Assembly: GCA_032718475.1 (NCBI GenBank)
Contig: JAUCBJ010007328.1
Span: forward strand, 1 to 59,919
DNA length: 59,919 nucleotides
Source: Nemertoderma westbladi
Taxonomy: Eukaryota > Animalia > Xenacoelomorpha
Reading direction: 5' to 3'
Under the pieces are notes generated by a model. It saw nothing but the letters and a program-made list of their open reading frames with translations. It did not search any database and was not told the origin of the DNA. The stretch's first letter is position 1; each line of letters starts with the position of its first letter. A program made the translations under genes and the position numbers. Shown here piece by piece: positions 38,311 through 51,536 of the stretch.

Positions 38311-38520
38311 TTAGCAGCAGGTCGTTAAATAAGAAAAAATATAAATAATATATATCTTTATTAATAAGTTCAGAAGTTCAAGAGAATTATGATAATTCTT
38401 ACGTTATATTATTGCTGAGTACAGTATTAAAAGTTTCTACGCCGTCCCGGTCCCGGACGTATAATTACAGAATTAGTTATTACCGGTCAGTCGGAAGGCC
38501 CACCTTCCCGGTATTGCTGT

Positions 38521-38865
38521 TTAACCCCAGGCTTGCGAACGAGAATAATGTAATACAAGTTTACCGTCACTACCGAAGCACTCGTACAAATTGTCCATAA
38601 TTTGATCAGGGGCGGGAGCGAAAGATTGATTAGCGTACAAGAAAATTGACTCGCTAGGAGGAACCTTTAGATATTTGCGTATAAATTCTATTACCCAACC
38701 GACTTTCTTAGATTTTTCCACAGCCCATTTCTTTTTCTTCATAATCGGTGCGTCTCCAGCTGGTTTCAGTAAGACATCGATCTTTGTGCTCGATAACGGC
38801 ACCGGTACCGGTAGGCCTACAGCAGCAGAATCACTTTCTAACGGTGGTACAGGAGACTCAGCCAT
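38521..38865 (-). CDS. ATG12: Ubiquitin-like protein ATG12
   Basis: KIDVLLKPAGDAPIMKKKKWAV, FLYANQSFAPAPDQ, C-terminal SQAWG; uninterrupted ORF. Confidence 0.97.
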   Translation of the reverse strand: MAESPVPPLESDSAAVGLPVPVPLSSTKIDVLLKPAGDAPIMKKKKWAVEKSKKVGWVIEFIRKYLKVPPSESIFLYANQSFAPAPDQIMDNLYECFGSDGKLVLHYSRSQAWG

Positions 38866-39941
38866 AGTTCAGTAGTTTAGTAGTTTAAACACAGACAACT
38901 TTAATCTGGTAATCATAGTCATTACTATTCCATTATATGTCAGTATGGCCTACAGATCAGCATATACAGATATAGGCTGGCTTTCGACGCAAACAAAATT
39001 CATCCCTCTCCACGGGAAAATCGACGCAAATAACAGCTGATTACGTACCATACTGCCATACCAGTACTCACAAAAATAAACAGATGAAACTGTAACCTGT
39101 TCTATTGACTTTAGTTTAGGCTGCCCGGTTTACTGGTTTAGGCCTAGTGCTGAAGTGCTTTTGTTAGAATAACTGAATAACGTGCCACTGTGTACAGCTT
39201 CAGCCTGTCAGCTGTTCAGCTGGTGCTGGATACAGGTGTACATACATCAGTACATATATTAATTACAGTAATTAACTTGCTTTTACTCTTGTCACTTGTG
39301 TATTTTATAATAATTTCTTCATATTTTATATTATTTACGGCATGTACAATCTGACAATGTGTGGGAATTGTTCTTTAAACTTAAACTGTTTACAGCTGTC
39401 TGTAGGTAACCCAGTAACCTGCTCCTTTCCATAAATTGAGAATTTAACATTGACTGATTGAGGTCAAATATTAATTCACCGAGATGGGATTTGCTTCCAG
39501 TTTCCTCCCTGTCAGGTCAGCATGTCTCCAGATCAGAATCAGATATGGTGGTAGGCTCAAGGCCTACTAAAATAGTACTTAAGTAGGCCTTGGGTAGGCT
39601 ACACTCAAGGCCTACTCTACTACTGTACTAAAAATACTAGGCCTACTCTTTTAGCAGTTTAGCTGTTTAGTACAGTCAGGTCAGACAGTAGTAGGCCTTG
39701 GCTACACTACTGACTTAGTTCAGTACCAGAGTACCTGGCAGCCTGGAGTACTGTGTACTGGCAGACTGGAGTAGGCAGGTGCAGGTGCAGACAGAGGTAG
39801 GGCTGTGGCCTTGGCAGCTTGGGTATAACTGTTATACACACATACGGCAACATGGGACTGCGGGAAGGCCTATAGGTTCGGTATTACAGTATTTTACTCA
39901 GCCAAGACTGCAAAACGTGGCTGATTCCGCATATATCTTTC

Positions 39942-40011
39942 AGCAAATAAATCATGTAATATCTACTTCGGCCTGCGGCGGCGGCCTCAGTAGTTATACG
40001 ATTTATTTGCT
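39942..40011. repeat. Imperfect hairpin with a GC-rich apex (probable TE remnant)
   Basis: agcaaataaatc...ggcc tgcggcggc ggcc...gatttatttgct. Confidence 0.6.
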
Positions 40012-40344
40012 TCATGTTTTATAACCGTATATCACCTTCTGGGACAGGCGATAATCTCTGTGTATCATATAGCAAAGCATACATGCGGTATTTTTATTCG
40101 ATAATTGTTTTAACTGAACTTCGCAGTTAATTACCCGTAGAAAATTAATTTTAGCCGTTCGATTTTGAGCTGATCGCACCGTACATGTACTGTACCTGTC
40201 TGCCTGTGTACCAGAGTACTACAGGCGCGTTGAAAAAAATCCTGATGCGCAGCGTATCCCTCCGTCTAGCTTGTTGAAGGCAATTAGTCTGTTATTGAAG
40301 CTCCTGTGAAGATGGGTCTAATGGAGGCTGAGATCTCTCCAGGA

Positions 40345-40520
40345 GGGGCCGGTTGCATATAACAACCTTAACTTTAAGTGGCTACTTGAATTTAAGTTAA
40401 GGTTAGCTCAAATTTAAGTGGGTTGCATACAACTTTATTGCAAACTTTAATTCCGACTTAAAATCAAAATTTTAAGGCAGCCTCCTACATACCTTAACTA
40501 CACTGAAACTTAACTTTTAT
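40345..40520 (+). mobile_element. Possible PIF/Harbinger-like left end
   Basis: Begins GGGGCCGGTTGCA followed by TTAA-rich internal repeats; no right TIR seen. Confidence 0.3.
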
Positions 40521-40877
40521 CTCATGCTTTCATTATTATTAAAGGCTTTTGAGCAGGAAAGTGATAGGCCTACCAATTTAATTTCTTTAGAATTCGTTGA
40601 AGGTCATAAGAGATTGGCAAGCTAAAGATTTCCCCATGCCTACAGTGCTACAGTTAGTACTGTATGCCTACTTATCCCTATACAGATACAGTCTTCAGAT
40701 ATATTTTATTGCTTGTGTTCTCAGGTAAAAGACAGATAACAATTTTATTACCACTTTAGAAGGATTATATCATAAATAGTTTATTCCACAAAATATTGGG
40801 CTGATTATTTTTTGATGGGCTTTCTCTGTAATGATCTGTGTTCTTAGTATTGCCTACATTTTTTCACTGAGGCATTA

Positions 40878-43800
40878 ACAAGGGGTGCGGGTGCTAGGGG
40901 AGGGAGGGTGGTAGACAGAGAGGAGGGTGGGGGGGGGGGGGGGTGGTCGGTATAAAAACGGAGGAATAGAAAAGCCAGCAGCAATAGAGGAAAATCAGAT
41001 TCTCCCACCTCTCTTGATACTCCCCAAATACTTACACGAATATCACAGTACTGTATTAGTACATAGAACCACACTCATGTCTGCCAGTCCATGTTACTGT
41101 ATTTGTCTTAGTAGTAGTCTCAAATTTCCCGCCTTGTAACGTCAGTTTGCGGTGGCTTAATTAACTCTTAATAATTTCATCATTAAGATTATTTGTTTTA
41201 TAATAATTAATATCTTATTTTTATTGTTAAAAAAAACAAATAAGCAATAATCATATATATTATTACATTATCAGTACTTTAATAGGAACACAGGGTATAT
41301 CCATTATCGATTCTGTACACCAAATATGTATCCTAAACATCATAAAGCTAATACAGTAGGTTATTAACATTATTAATATTATTACTGTTCGGAAATTCCG
41401 CAATAATTAATTTTACCCATAACAACTATTAATGTACTGTACCAACCAACATACAGCACCACAGGTTTGCTGGCTAGGATTACTTATTGGAGATTAGCCC
41501 CAATGTCCCTCTCGTCAACCCAAGGTGTTGACGGGACATTGGGGATCTTGTTTAGTACCAAATATATTTCAAATTTTATTTAAAACCAACAAAAAAATAT
41601 ATCAAAGAATGAAAACTAAATTTTACTGTTTAACAGAATACTTGGTTAATATTACTGTAAGTATTTGCATTAAAATAAAAAAATTATTTGCATAATTATC
41701 ACAAAAGCAACTTTACATTCTTTGCTTTTGTAAATACGCTAAAAAAATATATCAGTATTTGTATAAAATGCAAAATAATAAATTAAATAAATTTTAATTA
41801 TGAAATATAACAATATATTTATGGTATATAGCTATAGCTGTTTATACTATTAATATATTTACATAATATAATTAATATTATTATTATTTAGTATAATATA
41901 TTAAAGATTCAATACTAAATTGTGAATTTAACTTGTTCAATTAATAAAATAATTTCTGCACATGGCAGTATAGGACCACAAACTTGATAAATGGGCATAC
42001 ATTTAAACCAATACGACGTCACAAATGTTAACACAGTAACTGTATATCGGCACAGGTTATCTAAAGTCAATCGATAGACAATAACAAAATTAACAAGCAT
42101 TAAATAACGCGGTGGTTTGGTATCCCTACCCCGATGCGGTTTGGATGAAACGAAGACATGAAAGTTAAAAACTCAACGAACCAAAGCGTGTCTGGTCGAC
42201 TGATAGACACCGAACCACTCGCGAATTTAAACTGGGGATCCCAACTCGCTCCAGAACGCAACCCATAATAACTCATCGCTTGCTGTTGCACTGAATTGCT
42301 CTACCGCAGTTGACCCACGGAAGTTTTGCACTTTGTATTTCAGTATTTCGTGCCGCTGATTCTAGAGCCTAAGATTTCATCCGGTAAACGTTGCAAGTAC
42401 CATAAACCACGCGCTGTAATCGTACCGATACCACAAAGTCTCTTTAGTTTCACCTGCATGTTTGCTTTTAGCGAAGTCCTGCTTACGAGGCCAAGGGCCG
42501 GAAGTCGCGATGATAAAGTTCCGGTACGAGCCTCTCTCGTACCTTCGCCGTCCAGAAATATGTGAGAACATTATCGCAAACGTACTGGCACCCAGTCAGC
42601 CAGTGCCAATTTGTGTCGTCAACGTTTAAGACTCAGCAGTCATCTCTACGCAGAAGGAGATGAATCGTTAGGATAAGCTGCAAGTGATCCTCACCTCATA
42701 GGGATCCTCGGATATAAGGATTAGGGTACAACTTCCGAACTCGAAGTTTAGAACTGCAGTATAATGCAGGCAGATTGTATAAAATAAGCAGTAGGTAGGT
42801 AGGTGGAACTTAGAACAGAGGGAAGTCGGACTCCTGAGTTTACTAAAATCCTACATCCTAAGGTTATTAGCCGCTTGCGTGACTGCCGGTTTTGTCCTAG
42901 TTCGCTCGACCTAGTAGTAGTACGGTCACTGTGGAATTGTTACTGAAAGAACAGTTGATATGAGTAAACAGAAATGCTAGGCTGCTAGGCAAAGGGGCCT
43001 AGTTCAATCACAGTACTGCAGTATTACTGTATTAGACTCACTAAAAATTAAAAAATATTCAATGAAATACTGAAATAGGCCTAATTATACAACAACCATC
43101 AGACCGCACTGCCGTACAGTCGTACCGAACCTGATATCCTGCAGACAAGCCTAGAATACAGGTACAAGGTATAGGCCTAGTATGTAGGTACGGCAGTAAG
43201 GCCTGTGGACGTATGGGCGGCGGTCTGGCGGTAGCCTACTGCAGCAGGCGTTCCAGTTGTACCGCAGACAGGTAATACAGTAATAGGAAATCAAACACTA
43301 ACTGCTGAACTGCTAGGCCTAGCAGAAGAACAGCGCCAGTACACATAAGGCAGAAGGCTGCAAAGTCAATGCTAGCAGCAGCATTCAAAGAATGATACCA
43401 CACAGCCAGCTGTGAGTTCATTATCCTTGCCTCACACTAAGAGTGTTGCTGCTGCTAGGATACAAATTATCTGTTATTGGCTAGAGCTGTACCATTGGTT
43501 GGCTTTCATGTTATGATATTCAAATGGATTGATGGAGGGAATTTCAAAATAGTCAAATAATACAACAATAATGAAATTTTTAATATGATGTGCAATTATA
43601 AAAATCGCTGTAACTCTGGTGCAACACGACCGTATTCGATGAAATTTTCATTGTTACGTACGGTAATTAATGCGTTTACAATTGCTATACTCAATATATT
43701 TATAATCGGTATGATTTTTAAACTATAAGAGTTTAAGAGCCGGGAATTGCCAAATTGTGGCCACATAAGCCAGATTTGACCACAAAATTGACCAGGTTCG

Positions 43801-46800
43801 TGCAACTCTTTAAAATTTTGGAATATGTCAATTTCGTTCTACTATCATGTTCTATAAATGACCAAAGTTAAAAAAAATATAATTCCTAGGAAGTTGTTTT
43901 ATTTTTGATAAATATGTAATTTTATGGTGAAAATTGGTTAATTTTGTTAAAAATGAGTGAAAATTTGACGGTTTGGAGTAAAATTGGGTGGGTTGGGCCA
44001 ACTCATATAAATTGTTGCCAGTGTCATTTTTCTTATCCTAAAACGTTCTTTAATTGAGCACAGTTTTAGAAAATATAATTCCTAGGAAGTTCTTAAACTA
44101 AAGCTCAGACTTTCAAAAAGACGGTCATTTAACGGACTTTTTTTATTTGTCTGTCATACCTATACACTATGTCGAAATCGAAAATAGCGTGCATATTCGG
44201 ATTCAGCACACCAAAATGTATCTATATAGTATATTTTGAGGTAATCTGAGGCTAAATTTAAAAAAAATTAAAAAGTGAAAAAAATTTTGGCAAAAATTTG
44301 CCAAACTTCGAAAAATACTTAACTTGTTCGGATTTTCATGAAATTTGATACAGATGTGCCCAAAGCAATTCTAAGAAACTAATTTGAAGGATTTATGGAA
44401 AAATGCAAGTTAAGCCGATATATGACATTTTGAGTGCCTAGTTTTGGGCTAAATTTCCAGAAAATACAGATTTCCTAAGTTTGGCCCTTATTTACTACAA
44501 GAAGCAAAAACTTTTTGCATTAACATTAAATGGATAAAATGTAGAGCTATCTTATCCATCTGTGATGTTAAAGTTTCAGAAAAATATAAGCAGACAATTC
44601 GGAGAAAACCACTTTCTACCATAACCTATTTTGTCAACTTCCAAAATTACAATTTTTCGGCCCCAATTTCCGGCCCTTAATATTCAAGCAACGCACAATA
44701 TCAATAACAGTAATGGAACTCCCATCTTCCCTCTATATAACGCAAGTGGAACGGTTTCGTTCTAATTAAAAGATACAGAGTTATAATGATTTAAAAATTG
44801 TCAAAAATATCCAAATTTGGCCCAAAATTGGCCAAAAGTTGAATTATTGGAATACTGTTTAATATTTTTGGCCAATATTTTGACCCGATGAACAACTGTA
44901 TTGGATATGTATTCGGTATGAGTTTCAATCGAAATGGCCAAGCTGCTTTGGTGATAGTGAGAAAACAATGTAAAAATTTACCATTGGGATAATTTTTGGG
45001 TAAAATTAAAATGTGGCCAAAATGGCCAAATTTGGCTAAACGAAATTTTTTAATGAAACTTGCAAATTTATCCGCGCACAAAGTCTCCGGAGAACATTTG
45101 AAGATTTCAGTCGCCTTCACTCCCGAATTTCACCATTTAGTGCTAGAAGTTTCCAAATTGGGGCGAAAATCCACTTTTGGTGGCCAATTTGGAAATGTTG
45201 GGCAACTAAATTGAAAAAACAAAAGCGTACAAAATTCTTAGAATAACAAAAACTACAAACGTGGCAAATTTCAGAGAATATAATTCCTAGGAAGTTGTAA
45301 AACGCCCCGAGTAAGCTCCACTTTCTATATACTAATGTTGGAACGCCTACGCCCGGTGTGGGAGAATCCTCACGAAGGATCCTCCCACGTTGTGTTGTTT
45401 TTAGGTTTACATAAGAACCGCATATCCGACAAGGGGTGCGGGTGCTAGGGGAGGGAGGGTGGTAGACAGAGAGGAGGGGGGGGGGGGGGGGGGGGGTGTG
45501 GTCGGTAAAGAAACGGAGGAATAGAAAAGCCAGCAGCAATAGAGGAAAATCAGCCTCGCCCACCTCTCTTGATACTCCCCAAATACTTACACAAATATCG
45601 CATTACTGTATTAGTACATAGAACCACACGTCATGTCTGCCAGTCCATGTTACTAGGTTTGTCTTAGTAGTAGTCTCAAATCTCCCACCTTGTAACGTCA
45701 GTTTGCGGTGGCTTAATTAACTCTTAATAATTTCATCATTAAGATTCTTTGTTTTATAATAATTAATATCTTATTTATATTATTAAAAAAAACAAATAAG
45801 CAATAATCATATTTATTATTACATTATCAGTACTTTAATAGGAACACAGGGTATATCCATTATCGATTCTGTACACCAAATATGCATCCCAAACATCATA
45901 AAGCTAATACAGTAGGTTATTAAAATTATGATACTGTTCTGAAATTCCGCAATAATTAATTTTACCCATAACAACTATTAATGTACTGTACCAACATACA
46001 GCACCACAAGTTTGCTGCCTAGGGCCCATACCTACTAAATAAAATTCGGCTGTGCCATCTTTCAGTAATATTTACAATGTCAGTATAATATCAAAGCTGT
46101 AAAAAAATTCATATTATGATGAAACATATATGTTTCACAAACAATTCGAATTCACAAACAATTGTAATATTGGACTAAACTGTGAAGTTCTGTTCATATA
46201 AGAGTGCGATTTAAATGGAATTGTTGGAAACTGAAATCCACAATTTACTAATTGTTAGTCCGAAAGTAATGAGGGGGGGGGGGGGGGGTAGAATTCCTTA
46301 TTAGAGATTAGCCCCAATGTCCCTCTCGTCAACCCAAGGTGTTGACATTGGGGATCTTGTTTAGTACCAAAAATGTTTCAAATTTTATTTAAAACCAACA
46401 AAAAAAAATATATCAAAGAATGAAAACTAAATTTTACTGTTTAACAAAATACTTGGTTAATATTACTGTAAGTATTTGCATTAAAATAAAAAATTTATTT
46501 GCATAATTATCGAAAAAGCACATTTTTTATTCTTTGCTTTTGTAAATACGCTAAAAAATATCAGTATTTCTACAAAATGCAAAATAATTTATTAAACAAA
46601 TTTTAATTATGAAATATAACAATATAGTTATGGTATATAGCTATAGCTGTTTATACTATTAATATATTTACATAATAATAAATATTATTATTATTTACTA
46701 TAATATATTAAAGATTCAATACTAAATTGTGAATTTAATTTGTTCAATTAATAAAATAATTTCTGCTCATGGCAATATACCGTAGGACCACAAATAATTA

Positions 46801-49800
46801 ATACATGGGCATACATTTAAACAAATACGACGTCATAAATGTTAACACAGTAACTGAATATAGGCACAGGTTATATATAAGTCAATCGATAGACAATAAC
46901 AAAATTAAAAAGCATTAAATAACGCGGTGGTTTGGTATCCCTACCCGGATGCGGTTTGGATGAAACGAAGACATGAAAGTTAAAAACTCAACGAACCAAA
47001 GCGTGTCTGGTCGACTGATAGACACCGAACCACTCGCGAATTTAAACTGGGGATCCCAACTCGCTCCAGAACGCAACCCATAATAACTCATCGCTTGCTG
47101 TTGCACTGAATTGCTCTACCGCAGTTGACCCACGAAAGTTTTGCACTTTGTATTTCAGTATTTCATGCCGCTGATTCTAGAGCCTAAGATTTCATCCGGT
47201 AAACGTTGAAATTTCCAGAAACCACGCACTGTAATCGTACCGATACCACGAAGTCTCTTTAGTTTCACATGCATGTTTGCTTTTAGCGAAGTCCTGCTTA
47301 CGTATACGTACAATACGATTGGAACTACCAGTAGTTTTCCCACCGGATTCGAGCAGTAGGTGCACTTTTGCATCTTTCAGCATTGCGTCGGAGAAACGAG
47401 GCGAAGGGCCGGAAGTCGCGATGATAGAGTTCCGGTACGACCCTCTCTCGACCTTGGCCGTCGAGAGATATGCGAGAATGTTATCGCAAACGTGCTGGCA
47501 CCCAGTCGCCAGTTTGTGTCATCAACGTTGAAGACTCAGCAGTCATCTATATGCAGAAGGAGACGATTCGTTAGGATAAGCTGCAAGTGATCCCCACCTC
47601 ATAGGGATCCTCGGATATAAGGATTACAGGATTACAACTTCCGAACTTGAAGTTTAGAACTGCAGTAGGCCTATAATGCAGGCAGATTGTCTCATGAGTT
47701 TACTAAAATCCTGAGGTTATTAGCCAAATGGGTGAATGTGGATTGGTTAGGCCTACTGAAAGAACATGAGAAAACAAAATGCTAGGCCTAGTACAATCAC
47801 AGTATTAGGCTCACTAAAAATTAACAAATAATAAATGAAATACTGAAATAGGCCTAAAAATTTAATTATACAACAACCGTCAGACCATACCTGCTGCCTG
47901 CATACAGCCGTACCAAACCTGATAACATGCAGACAAGCCTAGAATACAAGTGAAATGTATAGTAGGCAGGTAGGCCTACTGTCAGACTGTAGTAAGGCCT
48001 GTGAAAGTACGGGCGGTGGTACGCTACTGCTGTACTGCAGTACTGCAGCAGGCGTCCCAGTGGAGGGGCAGACCGGTATATAAAATCCAACACTACCGGT
48101 AATTGCTACACAGCCAGCTGTGAGTTCATTATTCTTGCCCAAGGCGCCTTGTCCCTGCCTCACACTACAAAAAGTGTTGCCGTCGCTAGGATACAAATTA
48201 TCTGTTATTGGTTAGAGCTGTACCATTGGTTGGCTTTGGTTGTGTTTGATGTAGGTCCGTCATCATCATGTTATGATATTCAAATGGATTGATGGAGGGA
48301 ATTTCAAAATGGTCAAATAATACAACAATAATGACATTTTTAATATGATGTGCAATTATAAAAATCGCTGTAACTCTGGTGCAACACGACCGTATTTGAT
48401 GAAATTTTCATTGTTACGTACGGTAATTAATGCGTTTACAATTGCTATACTCAATATATTTATAATCGGTATGATTTTTAAACTATAAGAGTTTAAGAGC
48501 CGGGAATTGCCAAATTGTGGCTACGCAGGCCAGATTTGACCACAAAATTGACCAGGTTCGTGCAACTCTTGAAAATTTTGGAATATGTCAATTTTGTTCT
48601 ACTATCATGTTCTATAAATGACCAAAGTTAAAAAAAATATAATTCCTAGGAAGTTGTTTTATTTTTGATAAATATGTAATTTTATGGTGAAAATTGGTTA
48701 ATTTCGTTAAAAATCAGTGAAAATTTGACGGTTTGGAGTAAAATTGGGTGGGTTGGGCCAACTCGTATAAATTGTTGCCAGTGTTATTTTTCTTATCCTA
48801 AAACGTTCTTTAATTGAGCACAGTTTTAGAAAATATAATTCCTAGGAAGTTCTTAAACTAAAGCTCAGACTTTCAAAAAGACAGTCATTTAACGGACTTT
48901 TTTTATTTGTCTGTCATACCTACACATATCGTTGAAATCGAAAATGGCATGCATATTCGGATTCAGCACACCAAAATGTACCTATATAGTATATTTTGAG
49001 GTAATCTGAGGCTAAAATAAAAAAAAATGAAAAAATGAAAAAAAATTTCGCCAAAATTTGCCAAACTTCCAAAAATACTTAACTTGCTCAGATTTTCATG
49101 AAATTTGGTACGGATGTGCCCAAAGCAATTCTAAGAAACTAATTTGAAGGATTTACGGAAAAATGCAATTTAAGCCGATATATCGCATTTTGAGTGCCTA
49201 ATTTTAGGCTAAATTTCAAGAAAATACAGATTTCCTAAGTTTGGCCCTTATTTACTACAAGAAGCAAAGACTTTTTGTATTAAAATTAAATGGATAAAAT
49301 GTAGAGCTATCTTATCCATCTGTGATGTTAAAGTTTCAGAAAAATATAAACAGACAATTCGGAGAAAACCACTTTCTACCAAAACCTATTTTGTCAACTT
49401 CCAAAATTACCATTTTTCGGCCCCAATTTCCAGCCCTTAATATTCAGGCAACGCACAATATCAATAACAGTAATGGAACTCCCATCTTCCCTCTATATAA
49501 CGCAAGTGGAACGGTTTCGTTCTAATTAAAAGATACAGAGTTATAACGTTTTAAAAATTGTCAAAAATATCCAAATTTGGCTCAAAATTGGCCAAAAGTT
49601 AAATTATTGGCATACTGTTAAATATTTTTGGCCAATATTTTGACCCGATGAACAACTGTATTGGATATGTATTCGGTATGAGTTTCAATCGAAATAGCCA
49701 AGCTGCTTTGGTGATAGCGAGAAAACAATGTAAAAATTTACCATTTTGATAATTTTTGGGTAAAATTAAAATGTGGCCAAAATGGCCAAATTTGGCTAAA

Positions 49801-50193
49801 CGAAATTTTTTAATGAAACTTGCAAATTTATCCGCGCACAAAGTCTAGGGAGAACATTTGAAGATTTCAGTCGCCTTCACTCCGAATTTAATCATTTAGT
49901 GCTAGAAGTTTCCAAATTGGGGCAAAAATCCACATTTGGTGGCCAATTTGGAAATGTTGGGAAACTAAATTGAAAAAACAAAAGCGTACAAAATTTTTAG
50001 AATAACAAAAACTACAAACGTGGCAAATTTCAGAGAATATAATTCCTAGGAAGTTGAAAAACGCCCCGAGTAAGCTCCACTTTCTATATACTAATGTTGG
50101 AACGCCTACGCCCGGTGTGGGAGAATCCTCACGAAGGATCCTCCCACGTTGTGTTGTTTTTAGGTTTACATAAGAACCGCATATCCAACAAGG
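40878..50193. repeat. Head-to-tail tandem duplication (unit 1 ~40878-45429, unit 2 ~45430-50193)
   Basis: Colinear throughout; paired ORF-track peptides (42100/46915, 44791/49599); ACAAGG at all three junctions. Confidence 0.95.
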
Positions 50194-50292
50194 TAAATAA
50201 ATTATACATTTTTATTATATTAAATTACTATTTTTCAATATTAAAATGTGAGACAGTGGGGGGGGGGGGGGAACTGGACGCAAATACCATGT

Positions 50293-50675
50293 GGGATTTG
50301 GGATTAAGGAATTTGGCAATAAGGGATTTGGGAATAAGGTACAGTATTTGGGATTTGGGAATAAGGTATTTGGGATTTGGGAATACGGTATTTGGGAATA
50401 AGGTATTTGGGATTTGGGAATAAGGGATTTGGGGATAAGGTATTTGGGATTTGGGAATAAGGTATTTGGGATTTTGGAATAAGGTATTTGGGATTTGGGA
50501 ATAAGGTATTTGGGAATAAGGTATTTGGGATTTGAGATTAAGGTATTTGGGATTTGGGAATAAGGTATTTGGGATTTAGGAATAAGGTATTTGGGATTTG
50601 GGATTAAGGTATTTGAGATTTGGGAATAAGGTATTTGGGATTTGGGAATAAGGTATTTGGGAATATGGGATTTGC
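50293..50675. repeat. 22-bp minisatellite GGGATTTGGGAATAAGGTATTT
   Basis: Visible tandem copies. Confidence 0.93.
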
Positions 50676-50959
50676 CATTATATTAGTGATTATCGGTTTT
50701 TATTTGTTGATCGGCCATTATTGGTTGACTGAAGAAGATACGCAATGCGTATCTCATTATGCCTCATAATAAGCCTCTCGTTAACAAGTCAACCCCACCG
50801 ACTAGCGGCACTGGCTGTTTCCGCTGACGGGGCTCAGATGAACAACGCGTCCCTTTGGGATCTGGGAATAGGAAATTTGGGATTTGGAAATAAGGAATTT
50901 GGGTAAATCATTTGCGCTTTGGAAATAGGGAATTTTGGATTTTGAATCTGTAAATAAAA

Positions 50960-51285
50960 CTTATTACAAGTTTATGCAGGTTAGTAAAGGAGCAGGGTAT
51001 AGAGGCGGGAAGATAGAACCAAAACAATAAACGATAGTTAACACATGTTACAAGATTATGCAGGTTAGTAAAGGAGAAGGTTATAAAGGCGGGTAGATAG
51101 AACCAAAACAATAAACGATAGTTAACACATGTGACAAGATTATGCAGGTTAGTAAAGGAGCAGGTTACAGAGGCGGGTAGATAGAACCAAAACAATAAAC
51201 GATAGTTAACATGTGTTACAATATGTAGGTTAGTAAAGAATCAGGTTGCGGAGGTGGGTAGATAGAACCAAAACAATAAACGATT
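50960..51285. repeat. 84-bp tandem array (~4 copies)
   Basis: Contains aaaggagcaggttacagaggcggg...aaccaaaacaataaacgat; 28-aa period in the ORF track. Confidence 0.9.
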
Positions 51286-51536
51286 AACAGTACTGTAGGC
51301 AGGGGCCGGACCATTTGAAGAATACCAGGATTTCACTTTTTGGTCGACTTTTAATTGGAATTTTATATGTGAAGATTTTTATTTTTTTAAATATACAGTA
51401 TCTTTATTAAGTGTTTTATAGCTCTTATTTCTGTCTTATAACCTGTACATACAGTATACTAATTCGTGTATTGTTTAGGGTAGATTCAGACCATCTGTAA
51501 CCTGTGTTTTTGGTGAAAACCTGGTATTCTTCACAT

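Noticed and set aside
42100-42760. Telomerase RNA candidate (ccctaatcc on the minus strand)
   Set aside because: No CTAACCCTAA template, and the motif differs in the second copy.
44791-45563. ORFs in the AT-rich half of the duplicated unit
   Set aside because: Low-complexity TE-like non-coding sequence with no domain motifs; one ORF crosses the duplication junction.
50293-50675. Telomere-like repeat
   Set aside because: 22-bp unit, not a canonical telomeric repeat, and interstitial.
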